NCBI GenBank assembly: GCA_964016885.1
Contig: OZ024742.1
Location: 353,090,001 to 353,154,000, forward strand
Direction of reading: 5' to 3'
DNA length: 64,000 nt
Source of the DNA: Eledone cirrhosa
Taxonomy: Eukaryota
In this document: positions 39,361-52,257 of the stretch, one piece after another
Position numbering within the stretch: position 1 is the first letter of the stretch
How the letters are laid out: each line of letters begins with the position of its first letter
The notes under the pieces: generated by a model
Databases searched by the model: none
Told to the model about the DNA's origin: nothing
What the model saw: the letters and a program-made list of their open reading frames with translations, nothing else
Program-made: the position numbers and the translations under genes

Positions 39361-39536
39361 AGGTAAAAATCCCTCTGAGTACTAAATACCCATAGAGATA
39401 CATAGGGTGTCTATAATATAATTGTTGTTCTATGGTACTAATTTGAGATACCAGAACTATAAAAAATTGAGATGAGCAGAACAAACAAACATTAAACAAT
39501 CCATTAAATAAATTAAAAGATGATTTAAATATCTAC

Positions 39537-39594
<58 letters not shown>

Positions 39595-39686
39595 CGAGGG
39601 AAATGTGGTAAGGAACCAGGTGGACCATAACGCACCAAAGTACTCAATACTTAGGGTAGTAGAGTGGGTAATAGGAACAAGTAAGA

Positions 39687-39778
39687 CCCCGACGGCTGAG
39701 CTCAAGCCGTTTCGACGGCTAATTCTGGACTGAATGAAAATATAATCTGGTATATAAATAGCCGAGCTTATTAAGGGG
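39687..39778 (-). ncRNA. Hammerhead ribozyme, family A (U3:A8; G5 mutated)
   Basis: cccc-TTAATAA-gctCGGCTA...TAGCCGtc-GAAA-CGGCT tgagctc AGCCG-TC-gggg. Confidence 0.7.
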
Positions 39779-40952
39779 TAATTCCATATATGGTGAAAGA
39801 GATAATCACCAGGATTGGTCACATCACAAGTTAGTAGTAAATCTGTGATGGCAAATTGGTAGGGGAAGGGGTAGCTGAACCTGCCGGTAGGAGAAAAAGG
39901 GAGAGGGGGTGGAGTAGACCCATTCATGCGTTGGTAGTGCCGGCTACAGCTGGGTGTGAGGTCAAAGAAGATACTGGGGAGGGGGAGGGGGAGGAAGTCG
40001 AAGCGGTAAGTAAGAACAATGAAGGGTAAAACTATAAAAAGTACTGAAAGAGAAAAAAAAAGATAAGCAAAGTCTGGTTACTAAGACTTAAGTCTCTCGC
40101 TATTGCTAGGCTAAAGAAATACATAAATAAATAAATAAATAAGTGAATAAAAGAATGGATAAATAAAATTAAAAAAAAATATATATATATAATGAAGAAT
40201 AAAAAATAAATAAAAATAAACTAGGTGGGACGGAAATAAAGGGACCCTTATACGAGGTATAAGTGCGTGTATCGTACGGTGACGGGTCAACAAAAAAGGT
40301 GGCCAAAATACTAAAGAGACTACCACGAAATAATAACGGTTTCTACCCCAATCACAGGGCAGCAACCACCCAGAGCAAGAAAGTAAACTAGTACGAGAAT
40401 ATCATTCAGGGTCCCGCAAAAAAATACTCGTGCTAACTCTAAGTGTACCGGCACGAAACAAAAAGTATTATACAAGCTACATGAAAGATCGTACGAAGTA
40501 AAAGTAAAGAACGGAAAATAAATACAGAACCCCCCCCCCCCCCCCCCCATCCAAGAAAAAGGGAAAAAGAGGAAAGAAATACTGGATAAACGAGAAATTA
40601 AAGCAAACATGCCACTAAGAAATATAGAAGGCACGGAAAAAAGGGCAGCGGTCGGGGAAGGGGGCAAGTATCCCAGGTCTAACACCTCTGCTATAAAAAG
40701 CGGAGTCAGCCAAATCTATCATAGTATAGGGGAGGGGGTGCTGAAGCTACAAGGGACCGAGGGGCTACCTCGGGTGGGCGAGAAAAAGACGTCGACAAAG
40801 AAAGGGAACTGGAGTAGAAGGGCTAGGGAGGGATGGGGGGATGGAGGAAATATAGAGGAAGCGATAAAAAAGTAAAAGAAGATCTTACGTCTCCATTGGA
40901 AAGCAGGGGCTACCCCTTACAAAATAGGCAAGTGGGGTGTTATAGCCCTAAT

Positions 40953-42614
40953 CTACCCCCCCCCCCCCGTGTCATTATGGGGTTTGAGGGCGAGGTAAGT
41001 CCTACGTAATTGGTGTTTACATGCAGTAACCAGTTCATCTTTCTTGTTTAGGAGTTGGTCCGTCGAAAACAGCATTTGTAAAGTTTCCTCCGAGCATAAC
41101 TTGCACGGGCGGCGTCCTACCGTGTAAGAGTTGGCTCTGGACAGTAATTTCCAAGTGAGATCATAGTTGATGTTGTTGTCCTTGAGGTCCCATATGTGGC
41201 CCGAAAGTGTAGTGGCGTGACGCCGGGCCGGGTTTCGGAATGTATGTCTGTGTTGGTATAGCCGGGTCTTGAAGTCACATGCGGTTATTCCTATATAACC
41301 AGTGTTGGAGGTGTCCGTGCTCACGTTGCACTGGTAGATCACATTACGGTCTCTGCACCTGTTGTCGAGGGGGAAACTGGATCTATCAGGACAGTTGCAC
41401 CTCATGGTCGGCTCTCCACTGCTATTTAGGTTGTTTCTTCCATAATGGTTGAGTTTTTTGTTGTTGGAGGAGACGATGTTTTGTGCGAAGTTAGGTGTAG
41501 TGCTGTAAGAGAGTTTGGTGTTATTTTTGTTAATTATGTTGTGGTAGCGGTGTTGTGGTGGGAAGTGTTTTTAAATGAGCCTGAAGAAAATGTTCCCGAT
41601 GGGAGTTGTCACCTCGGCGTTGTGGGGAGGATTGAACCATGTTACATTGCGTGAGCGGCGGTGTCGCCTGCTGGTTCCGCTAATGGGAGCTGGACAGTAG
41701 GATATTTCCTCCCGGAAGCCACTCCGCTTGAGGGCCTGGTTGTAGTAATGTGCATGTTCATCGAATATCTTCTCATTGGCTGACAAACGGGATATGCGGA
41801 GGGAGATGTTTTTGACCAGGTTGTTGGTGATGTTCCTAGGATGGTTAGATCGGCGTTGGATGTAGTGCAGGTTGTCATTGTGTTTCCTGTATGGGTAGTA
41901 CAAGTATTTATTGAGATCGAGGGTAACGTCCAGGAAATTAACTCGGGTCAGGGACGTTTGTAGGGTTATTTTAAATCCCCAGTCGCGGAAGAAGATGATT
42001 AATTGTTTACGGACCCGATCTGTACTACTGGGGTTGTAACCTTTAAAGGTAAGGAGCCCATCATCACAGTACAATCCACCACCGAAAGCAGGAAACATAT
42101 TGGTGAGTTTGGTTATAAGGAATAATCCTATAAGATCTGTGACCTCCGCCGAATCCGTAGCGCCCATGCTGACGTCGAAGGGTGAGTCGGGAGCTCTTTT
42201 TATCCATTTGGAGTTGTCAAAGAGTAAGACTGTCTTCCTGGCATGGAGGATGATTTTTCTTTCCTGGTCGGTGATGGGCACGAGTGCTTCGGCGAAGTCC
42301 AAGGCGGCAGTAAGTAGCGGTAATGTGATAGAAGCATAGTAGCTCTCTATGTCGAACTGGATAAATTTAGTGTCTCGTTTATCCTCCATATTGCTGAACC
42401 ATGAGATAACTTCCTGGGTGTTGATCCATAGGCAAAGTCGGGCGTGTTGCTTGACTTTTGGTATCACGCGGTCTAGGATATTTTTGCTGTTTCTCCCTAT
42501 CTCGGACTTCGTTGGGTTTATAAGCCTGATAGATGGTTTACGGTCGAAATCGGATTTGTGGTCCTTCAGTGTGAAGTAGGGTATCCGTGGGTCTAGGGGT
42601 TCGGTGCGGTCGGC
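40953..42614 (-). pseudogene. PLE RT plus GIY-YIG (frameshifted)
   Basis: FIQFDIESYY; SMGATDSAEV; GLYCDDGL; CNCPDRSSFPL; VIYQC..YIGIT. Confidence 0.9.
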
Positions 42615-44082
42615 GACCCCGAGGCTGTCACGCCACTACACTTTCGGGCCACATATGGGACCTCAAGGACAACAACATCAACTATGATCTCACTTGGAAA
42701 TTACTGTCCAGAGCCAACTCTTACACGGGAGGACGCCGTCCGTGTAATTTATGCTCGGAGGAAACTTTACAAATGTTGTTTTCGACGGACCAACTCCTAA
42801 ACAAGAAAGATGAACTGGTTACTGCATGTAAACACCAATTACGTAGGACTTACCTCGCCCTCAAACCCCATAATGACCCGGTGGGGGGGGGGGGTAGACT
42901 AGGGCTATAACACCCCACTTGCCTATTTTGTAAGGGGTAACCCCTGCTTTCCAATGGAGACGTAAGATCTTCTTTTACTTTTTTATCGCTTCCTCTATAT
43001 TTCCTCCATCCCCCCATCCCTCCCTAGCCCTTCTACCCCAGTTCCCTTTCTTTGTCGTCGTCTTTTTCTCGCCCACCCGAGGTAGCCCCTCGGTCCCTTG
43101 TAGCTTCAGCAGCCCCTCCCCTATTCTATGATAGATTTGGCTGACTCCGCTTTTTATAGCAGAGGTGTTAGACCTGGGATACTTGCCCCTTTCTCCGACC
43201 GCTGTGCCTTTTTTCTGTGCCTTCTATATTTCTTAGTGGCATATTTGCTTTAATTTCTCGTTTATCCAGTATTTCTTTCCTCTTTCTCTCCTTTTTTGGA
43301 GGGGGGGGGGGGGGGGGGGGGGGGTTCTGTATTAATTTTCCGTTCTTTACTTTTACTTCGTACGATCTTTCATGTAGCTTGCATAAGACTTTTTGTTTCG
43401 TGGCGGTACCCATAGAGTTAGCACGAGTATTTTTTTGCGGGACCCTGAATGATATTCTCGTACTAGTTTACTTTCCTGCTCTGGGTGATTGCTGGCCCTG
43501 AGATTGGGGTAGAAACCTTTATTATTTCGTGGTAGTATCTTTAGTATTTTGGCCCCCCTTTTGTTGACCCGTCACCGTACGATACACGCACTTATACCTC
43601 GTTTAAGGGTCCCTTTATTTCCGTCCCACCTAGTTTATTATTATTTATTTTTTACTCTTCATTATATATATATATTTTTTATTTTATTTTATTTATCCAT
43701 TCTTTTATTCACTTATTTATTTATTTATTTATGTATTTCTTTAGCCTAGCAATAGCGAGAGACTTAAGTCTTAGTAACCAGACTTTGCTTATCTTTTTTT
43801 TTTTTTCTTCTCTTTCAGTACGTTTTATAGTTTTACCCTTCATTGTTCTTACTTAACGTTTCGACTTCCTCCCCTTCCCCCTCCCTAGTATCTTCTTTGA
43901 CCTCACACCCAGCTGTATCCGGCACTACCAACGCATGAATGGGTCTACTCCACCCCTCTCCCTTTTTCTCCTACCGGCAGGTTCAGCTACCACTTCCCCT
44001 ACCAATTTGCCATCACAGATTTACTACTAACTTGTGATGTGACCAATCCTGGTGATTATCTCTTTGACCATATATGGAATTA

Positions 44083-44174
44083 CCCCTTGATAAGCTCGGC
44101 TATTTAAATACCAGATTAAATTTTCATTCAGTCCAGAATTAGCCGTCGAAGCGGCTTGAGCTCAGCCGTCGGGG
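44083..44174 (+). ncRNA. Hammerhead ribozyme, family A (U3:A8; A15.1 mutated to G)
   Basis: cccc-TTGATAA-g..c-GAAG-CGGCT..AGCCG-TC-gggg. Confidence 0.7.
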
Positions 44175-44246
44175 TCTTACTTGTTCATATATATATATAT
44201 ATATGATATTAAATAAATGGAAACTATATTTATAAAACCATATTTA

Positions 44247-44308
44247 CTTCGTTATATATATTTCAGGGATATCATATTAACAATATGTTATGCCTTCTTC
44301 AGACAAAA
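44247..44308 (-). ncRNA. Hammerhead ribozyme (family G, intact core)
   Basis: ttttgt-CTGAAGA-aggcataacatatt gtt aatatgatatccct-GAAA-TATATA-TA-acgaag. Confidence 0.85.
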
Positions 44309-45604
44309 TACAATATAAACAGTCTTATAAATAAATAGATACGACATACCTTTCAATCACCTTGCATTTGGGAGGTTGATTTGGCAGTAAAAAATATTGT
44401 GGACAGTTGTAAAAAGAAAGAGAGAAAGAAAGAAAGAAAGAGAAACGAAGAAAAAGAAGAAATGCATGTGACTAAATAGAGATAAATATAGAAAGGTAGA
44501 TAAAGAGAAGAACTACATGTAAAGAAACAGAGAGAAATATATATAGAGAGAGGAAAAAAAGAAAGAGATAGATAGAGATAGATAGAGAAACTAGGAGTTG
44601 AGTATCGGTTGATACATTTATTTATTTATTTATTTATTTATTTAGCTCTAGTATTAATGTAAAGAGAGATGTATGTAGTTAAGAGAGAAAATAGCCGTTA
44701 TATAGAGAGAAAAAAGAGAAAATGAAAAAGAGAGAATGTGAACGAGGCAGAATTTAAAACTGCTATGTTTTATCCCGTGGAAAATATTAGTTCGTATAAA
44801 ACAGGCATTATAATGTAAATATCAGTATTCATGAATGAGACATGTATCTATAATGTGTGAAAGTAATGATCTTATGTCTAGTTTTTAAAAAATTCATATG
44901 TTTATATCATAATTATAAACAAACTCCCAATTCACACGAAAACATTCTCATTGTGCTATAAAAAGTCAAGTATACATATATGTGTGTATATATACACATA
45001 TATAAAGAGTCTATATTAATTTTAACAATACTATTCTTGTCTTTACTCTACATGATTGTCGATCAAGCAGAAATAGAGAACAGATTTCAATATATTAATA
45101 AAAATAAAAATAAAAATAAAATAAAAATATCAGAGACAAGAAAATAAATAAATAAACAGAAAACTAAAACATTTAATATTAAATATTAAAAATAAAAAAA
45201 TAAAAAATATTACAAAATATTAAAAAATAATAAAAATAAAACATATTATGCCACGCAAATCGGCCACAGAGATCAGCCTTTCAAAGTTAATTGACAATAT
45301 ATTGCCAAGTTCATCATAAGCATCAGAGTCGAAACAGATAAAACAAAAATTGTTTACCAAATCCTGTCTAGCAGAAATCATTCCAAAAGTTTAGGATACC
45401 CATTTGGTCTACATATGTTCTTATATTTAATATAGAAGTTTATCTAGTTTAAAATTTCATTCGATATATTTGGAGCATCAGCTTTTAGGGTAGTTTAATT
45501 ATTCATGAAGAATGTTTTAATAAAAAGAATGTTTTAATAAAAAGAAGAAATCGAAAGATTTATCGGCTAGTTTCATAAATAATTACAAATCAAATCAACC
45601 ATAA

Positions 45605-46264
45605 CTACATTTTAAATTTAAATTTATATTTAAACGTTGAGTTCAATCTATGTCTGCAGCAACTGAATAAATTTGTCCGTAGATTAAGGGAATTTTTAGA
45701 TTTTAGTATAAAGAATATCTCCTCCGCACAGAGGTCACATGTCTCAGAGGATGAATTAAAAGGATTCCCCCTTGAGACTATATTCCAAGTCGTCGAATAT
45801 CTAACGTTATCATGCCTAAGTTGACAGAGTACGCCTGATAGTGCTGTTGAAGATTTTTTGGATGGATCTGTGAAAGAATTCTTGTGGTTGTTATAGCCAA
45901 GTTTAAATTCCGTCGATGTAGAACCAACGTAGTTAAAAGAATGAACGTCCGTTTTAACATTACAGTTGTATATTATATTTCTAACTAAGCAGTTGTTATT
46001 TAACGGACATTTAGATCTATCTCTACAGTTACAATTGTTAACTTGGATATTATTTATGCTATTATCGCTAGGTTTTAAGTTCCTGTTATTTATTCTATTA
46101 ATATTTTGCGCTAAATTTTTGGTGGATGAGTAAGTTAGTTTTACAGTATGTCTATTGAAAATTGAGTGATACCTATGTGTTCTAGGGAAGCGATTATCGA
46201 GAGCTTTAAAAAATAGTTTTGCAATGTGGGTTTTAATGTTTAGTGAGAAAGGGGGGCAAACCAT
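45605..46264 (-). pseudogene. PLE linker plus GIY-YIG endonuclease
   Basis: PPFSLNIKT..CNCRDRSKCPLNNNC..IIYNC..YVGSTSTEFK..TW..CDLCAEE..LNLRT. Confidence 0.88.
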
Positions 46265-47150
46265 ATTATATTCCTAGTTCTATTTCTTTTATGGCTTTTG
46301 GAATTATTGTAATGCATTCTATTATAGTTGTTAAGGTTGGGGCCGTAATTAAAATAGTTGTTATTTTGTTTAATTTGTTTATCATTATCTATGTACATAA
46401 TGTTATCACTATATCCTGCTCTAGCTAACGCTTCATTGTAATAATGGGCTTTTTCGTCGAAAATCTTTTTATTAGATGAGATTCTAGAGATACGTGATTG
46501 AACAGAGTTTACTATAGTATAATTATGATATAAACATATAGTATAATTATGATATAAACATGAATTTTTTAAAAACTAGACATAAGATCATTACTTTCAC
46601 ACATTATAGATACATGTCTCATTCATGAATACTGATATTTACATTATAATGCCTGTTTTATACGAACTAATATTTTCTACTGGATAAAACATAGCAGTTT
46701 TAAATTCTGCCTCGTTCACATTCTCTCTTTTTTATTTTCTCTTTTTTCTCTCTATATAACGGCTATTTTCTCTCTTAACTACATACATCTCCCTTTACAT
46801 TAATACTAGAGCTAAACAAATAAATAAATAAATAAATAAATAAATGTATCAACCGATACTCAACTCCTAGTTTCTCTATCTATCTCTATCTATCTCTTTC
46901 TTTTTTTCCTCTCTCTATATATATTTCTCTCTGTTTCTTTACATGTAGTTCTTCTCTTTATCTACCTTTCTATATATATCTCAATTTAGTCACATGCATT
47001 TCTTCTTTTTCTTCATTTCTCTTTCTTTCTTTCTTTCTGTCTTTCTTTTTACAACTGTCCACAATATTTTTTACTGCCAAATCAACCTCCCAAATGCAAG
47101 GTGATTGAAAGGTATGTCGTATCTATTTATTTATAAGACTGTTTATATTG

Positions 47151-47216
47151 TATTTTGTCTGGAGAAGGCATAACATATTGTTAATATGATATCCCTGAAA
47201 TATATATAACGAAATA
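47151..47216 (+). ncRNA. Hammerhead ribozyme (family G, inverted arm; A6 mutated to G)
   Basis: CTGGAGA core; otherwise as 44247-44308. Confidence 0.7.
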
Positions 47217-47344
47217 AATATGGTTTTATAAATATAGTTTCCATTTATTTAATATCATAAATATACTCCAAATACTTGTTGAGTGCTTTTATATCAGTTA
47301 TAAATATTTACTCGTTGTTAACCCAACAATTTAAATATAACTTT

Positions 47345-47410
<66 letters not shown>

Positions 47411-47412
<2 letters not shown>

Positions 47413-48019
47413 TGGCTGCCACCTCGTTTTCGAGTACGGCCACTACTTTATATCCATGTAGGAGAACCCCTACCGATGCGCTGAACGAGTGTGATTTTTA
47501 GTCCAGCCAGCGTATTGAAAACTCTGGTACAAACACTACACTTGTGACAATTATTGACACACATAGTGCTGGGCCCATTGTACCATGTGACGACAAGTGC
47601 AGAGAGATCTCCAGATATAAAGCAATGCCTGTGCCGTGAAGCTTTTATCGTGAGCAAAGGCACTGCACAAAGCCAGTCCCACTCTCTTAACCAAGATGAT
47701 ATTTACCAAAAAGAAGAACAAGTCAACATCATTGGATACCATCAGGGTTGCAGGTGTTATATCAGAGTTTTCCTTCTCCTAGAATTCTGCCTTGACAAAG
47801 CCTAAGGGGTCATCTCTCCCGGTGATTTTGGATGGCCATTGACTCTTAAGAGCTCCTTTGCCCTTTGACAGGTTTTGTTTTTAGTCCTGCAGCATGTCCA
47901 AAGTCACCCACCTCACCAAGAAACATTGGTGGGGTTGCCAGTTTAGTCGCCAACGTCCAGATCATGAGACACGTTGTACTGGGATACATGTTACCAGTAG
48001 CACCAACTGGTGACCTGAC

Positions 48020-48022
<3 letters not shown>
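47411..48022 (-). mobile_element. 5' fragment of a non-LTR retrotransposon with N-terminal C2H2 finger (R2/Hero-like)
   Basis: Leader ..ctaggagaaggaaaactctga.. followed by HKCSVCTRVFNTLAGLKI. A second copy lies at 63475-64000. Confidence 0.6.
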
Positions 48023-48065
<43 letters not shown>

Positions 48066-48070
48066 CAAAT

Positions 48071-48156
<86 letters not shown>

Positions 48157-48172
48157 TAAAATAACAGATTAA

Positions 48173-48223
48173 AGTTTAAGCAAAAAAACGCTGCTTTCAC
48201 CCTTAACGGGATCTTCTGAAACT
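48173..48223 (-). ncRNA. Hammerhead-like ribozyme, U4A core (family B, 3' pLTR)
   Basis: agttt-CAGAAGA-tCCC gttaa GGGt-GAAA-GCA..TGC-TT-aaact. Confidence 0.7.
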
Positions 48224-49148
48224 AACAAAATCAATCTGTAAACGCAGAACTGGATATTTCAAAAAACGTTGCAACCGGGGGAAGACAGGAAGACGATACT
48301 TTGGTTCATGGTGACGTTTGCTGGCAAAGAACGGGAAAAAACGAATAATACGTCATTAATAGGAGCGGTGAAAAACAATTACGTGCAAGGACAGAACCAC
48401 GTTTATGGGATAAAAGAGTTCGTAGACTAATGTTCTCTAAGTGGTGCATAGAGACGTTCTCTGGCAATGAACGAAAAAACGAAGATAATAAGTCATATGT
48501 GGAGCGTGGAGAACAATAGCGTGCAAAGACAAAACCACGTAAATGGTATAGCAGAAGTCGTAGACTAAAATTCTAACTAGGAGACCGAATGAATCTCCGC
48601 TACAGAGTTAAGAACAAAGTAAATAGATACAATACAGAAGTAATAGGAACAAATAAATACATACACGCAAACAGATACGTACATACACAAGCATACGCAA
48701 AACCTTACCATAGGTATACAAAACCACGCACATATAAATATGTGTATGTGTGTATGCTTGTGTACACATAAATAAATAATTATATAAACGTATTTAAGTA
48801 AATAAATACGTATATAACAAGCGCACACACATAGCTACAAATAAATACATGAAGGTTCGGAGACGTAAGTCAACTAAAACAAGAAGTACACATATACGCA
48901 CACCTACCATACGTACGAACCTGCATACTCACGCAGACCCAAAACTCCCATATACACATAACCAAGCCCTAAATACCAGAATATGTAAAAATGATACGCC
49001 AAAACAGTCAGATATACGTACGAGAAGGTATACATACCTTCACAAAACATACGGGTAATATATACTTACCTATGCAAAAAGTAAAGGAATAAACAAAACA
49101 TATACTTAGCTCCCACATCAAGACGTAAATATCCACGTATAGATCGTG

Positions 49149-51283
49149 CTATCCTTTAGGGTATAACGTAGGGCTGTAATACAGGAAAGTTTTGTGCAAT
49201 TTATGTTTACAAGCCGAAATTGCCTCAGATTTTTTTGTTTAAGATGTGGTCTGTGGCGTAGAGTATTTCCAGGGCCTCAGCGGCGCAGAGGTCACATGGT
49301 CTTTTATTTCCGTTATACGATCTAGCCCTAGCTAGGATCTCCCAGTGTAACTTATATTGGGTGTGGTTGTCATTTAGACTCCAGATATAAGCTGAAAGTG
49401 ACGTCATATTCCTTCTTAGAGGGTAACGAAAAGAATGGGTATGCATGTAATGACGCTGCTTGAAATTATTGGCGGTTAATCCTATGTAGGCCCTACGGGA
49501 CGTGGGTGTTACAACCATACATTTGTAGACAATGTTACTAGAGAGGCATTTCCCGGATAGGGGACAATCAGCCCGATTCCTACAATTACAGTTAGTACTA
49601 ACTACAGGGTTGCACGTGTTCCTACGGCTAGGTATTTTAGCTAAATTTGAAGCTGTGATGTTATGTGCACGGTTAGGAGTCTTTGAGTAAGAAATTTTAA
49701 TAGTGTTTCTATTAAAAATTTTACTATATGTATGTGTAGGTGGTAAAATGCTTCGTAATAAGGGAAAGAAAGATCTTAGCTAATGGTGTGGCCACCTCCA
49801 TATTATATGGTGGGTTAAACCAACAAATGCGACGGGATCTATTTCTTCTAGGTCTATTCTCGTACTCTGTATATGCTACCTTATCGACAAATCCACTTCG
49901 AGCAAGAGCTTCATTGTAATAAGTGGAATGGTCGTTGAAAATACGCTCGTTGGTGGAAAGACGGGAAAGCCTCAACGAAACGTTTTTTACCAGGTCCTTG
50001 GTTATGCTGGCAGGATGGTTGGAATGCTTACTTATGTAATTAAGCGTATTATTCGGCTTTCGATACGGGTAATGCAACCCATTCAATAAATTGAGGGAAA
50101 AGTCGAGGTAATTAACGACCGAGAGATTGGCCTCAACCTGTATAGAGAGATTGAAGCCTTTAAAGAAGGCTGTGAGTTCTTTTCTGAATCTGTCGCAAGC
50201 ACGAGGTCCGCACTTAGTCATGGTCAAAAGGCCATCGTCACGGTACAAACCACCGCCCGCGTTGGGGAATTCGTCCTTGATAGAGAAAAGAAGGAAAAGG
50301 CCAATAAGATCAGTAACCTCCGCAGAGTCACTGGCGCCCATACCCACGTCGAATGGGGTACTATTGGATTTTTTAATCCAAATAGAATCGTCGAAATTAA
50401 TCACCGACTTTCGGGCATTAAGGATGACATCAACTTCGAAATCCTTAACCACTGTGAGTGTTTTAGCGAAATTGATAGCTCTAAGGAGAAGTGGTAAAGT
50501 GATGGAGGAGTAGTAATTGTTGATGTCGAATTGGATAAAACGGCAATGTTCCTTGTTACATATGCCGTTGAACCAATCAATCACCGCGAAAGAGTTGTTC
50601 CACAGTGCGAGAGGGGCCACATTTCTAATTTCAGGTATAATTCTATCAAGAATCGTTTTACTAAGTCTACCTAAATCGGACTTCGTAGGGTTAATAAGCC
50701 GAATAGAGGGGTTGTTCGGAAAATTGGTCTTGTGGTCCTTCAGGGTAAAGTGGGGAGAGATAGGGTCCAAGGGTTCGGTCCGGTCCAGGATGTTGAGATC
50801 AGATGTGATTTTAAACCCAGCATCGTTGATTTCATTGATGACACACCGATTAGTTTTACGGTAATCCTTAGTTACAGCATTATGTAGTAGTTGATGGTAA
50901 GTACTGCGCTCCACTTGATATAGGTTGCCAGTTTTGTCTGAATGGACGTGCACGGCGTTAGCATCCTTAATAGAACGAATTCTATTCTTCAGGTCTTGAT
51001 GGAAGGAATTGCTCCTATTCCGATGAAATTTGATACTCCGAATGAGTTCCAAGACATCATTTTCGAAGGGTAGCAATGCTGGGTTCCACGGAGGGTTATT
51101 ATAGGTTTTAAATCCAAATTTGTCCTGTTTGTTGTCTGCTTTTCGCGGATTATGGAAATGAAAGGCACGCCAACGCAACCTTTTAATGAACGCGTCTGTT
51201 TTCTGTATCAGGAGTTTTAGGTATGTTTTCCTGCTTGGTACGGGTATGTTCTTTGTAGAAATATTCAGATGTTGTTTCTGCAT
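49149..51283 (-). CDS. PLE polyprotein, RT plus GIY-YIG (~710 aa after correcting two 1-nt insertions at ~49744 and ~49233)
   Basis: The 519-aa ORF has FIQFDINNYYSSI, GMGASDSAEV and GLYRDDGL. Hand translation continues in a shifted frame through CNCRNRADCPLSGKC, IVYKC..YIGLT, HW and CDLC. Confidence 0.9.
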
Positions 51284-52084
51284 GATGAATATAAGTCAGT
51301 AGAGTGCTCAACCGAAGGAGCCAAATAGTAATAATAATAAAATTGAAGACTAACATCCAGAGAGGGCTCGCTGCGTGAGTATGCAGGTTCGTACGTATGG
51401 TGGGTGTGCGTATATGTGTACTTCTTGTTTTAGTTGACTTACGTCTCCGAACCTTCATGTATTTATTTGTAGGTATGTGTGTGCGCTTTTTATATACGTA
51501 TTTATTTACTTATATACGTTTATATAATTATTTATTTATTTGTACACAAGCATACACACATACACATATTTATATGTGCATGGTTTTGTATACCTATGGT
51601 AAGGTTTTGCGTATGCTTGTGTATGTACGTATCTGTTTGCTTGTATGTATTTATTTGTTCCTATTACTTCTGTATTGTATCTATTTACTTTGTTCTTAAC
51701 TCTGTAGCGGAGATTCATTCGGTCTCCTAGTTAGAATTTTAGTCTACGACTTCTGCTATACAGTTTACGTGGTTTTGTCTTTGCACGCTATTGTTCTCCA
51801 CGATCCACATATGACTTATTATCTTCGTTTTTTTCGTTCATTGCCAGAGAACGTCTCTATGCACCAGTTAGAGAACATTAGTCTACGACCTCTTTTATAC
51901 CATAAACGTGGTTCTGTCCTTGCACGTAATTGTTTTTCACCGCTCCTATTAATGACGTATTATTCGTTTTTTCCCGTTCTTTGCCAGCGAACGTCACCAT
52001 GAACCAAAGTATCGTCTTCCTGTCTTCCTCCGGTTGCAACGTTTTTTGAAATATCCAGTTCTGCGTTTACAGATTGACTTTGTT

Positions 52085-52134
52085 AGTTTCAGAAGATCCT
52101 GTTAAGGGTGAAAGCAGCGATTCTTTGCTTAAAC
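52085..52134 (+). ncRNA. Hammerhead-like ribozyme, U4A core (family B, inverted arm)
   Basis: Same fold as 48173-48223. Confidence 0.7.
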
Positions 52135-52257
52135 ATTAATCTGTTATTTTAATAAATATTTGCTCTTCGGTTCTTATATATTTGATATATATTTTCCTTA
52201 TCGAGCCCTCTCTGGATTTTTGTCTTCAATTTTATTATTATTACTATATATATATAT

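Larger units (their letters stand above)
39592..44187 (-). mobile_element. PLE family A, 5'-truncated copy with ~1.55-kb inverted arm
   Basis: RT at 42614 down to 41571 and EN at 41405 down to 40953. ~39672-41221 is inverted at 42627-44187. (TA)n on both sides. Confidence 0.95.
44204..47347 (-). mobile_element. PLE family G (Hydra-type), 5'-truncated with ~0.7-kb inverted arm
   Basis: ORF remnant from 46515 down to 45605. 44204-44922 is inverted at ~46540-47259. Confidence 0.92.
48152..52246 (-). mobile_element. PLE family B (Hydra-type), full-length coding region with inverted 5' pLTR
   Basis: ORF from 51283 down to 49149. 48152-48936 is inverted at 51371-52158. (TA)n on both sides. Confidence 0.96.

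Noticed and set aside
50127-50864. Plus-strand ORFs opposite the RT (also 42100-42579 and 13441-13659)
   Set aside because: Antisense shadows of the PLE coding frame.
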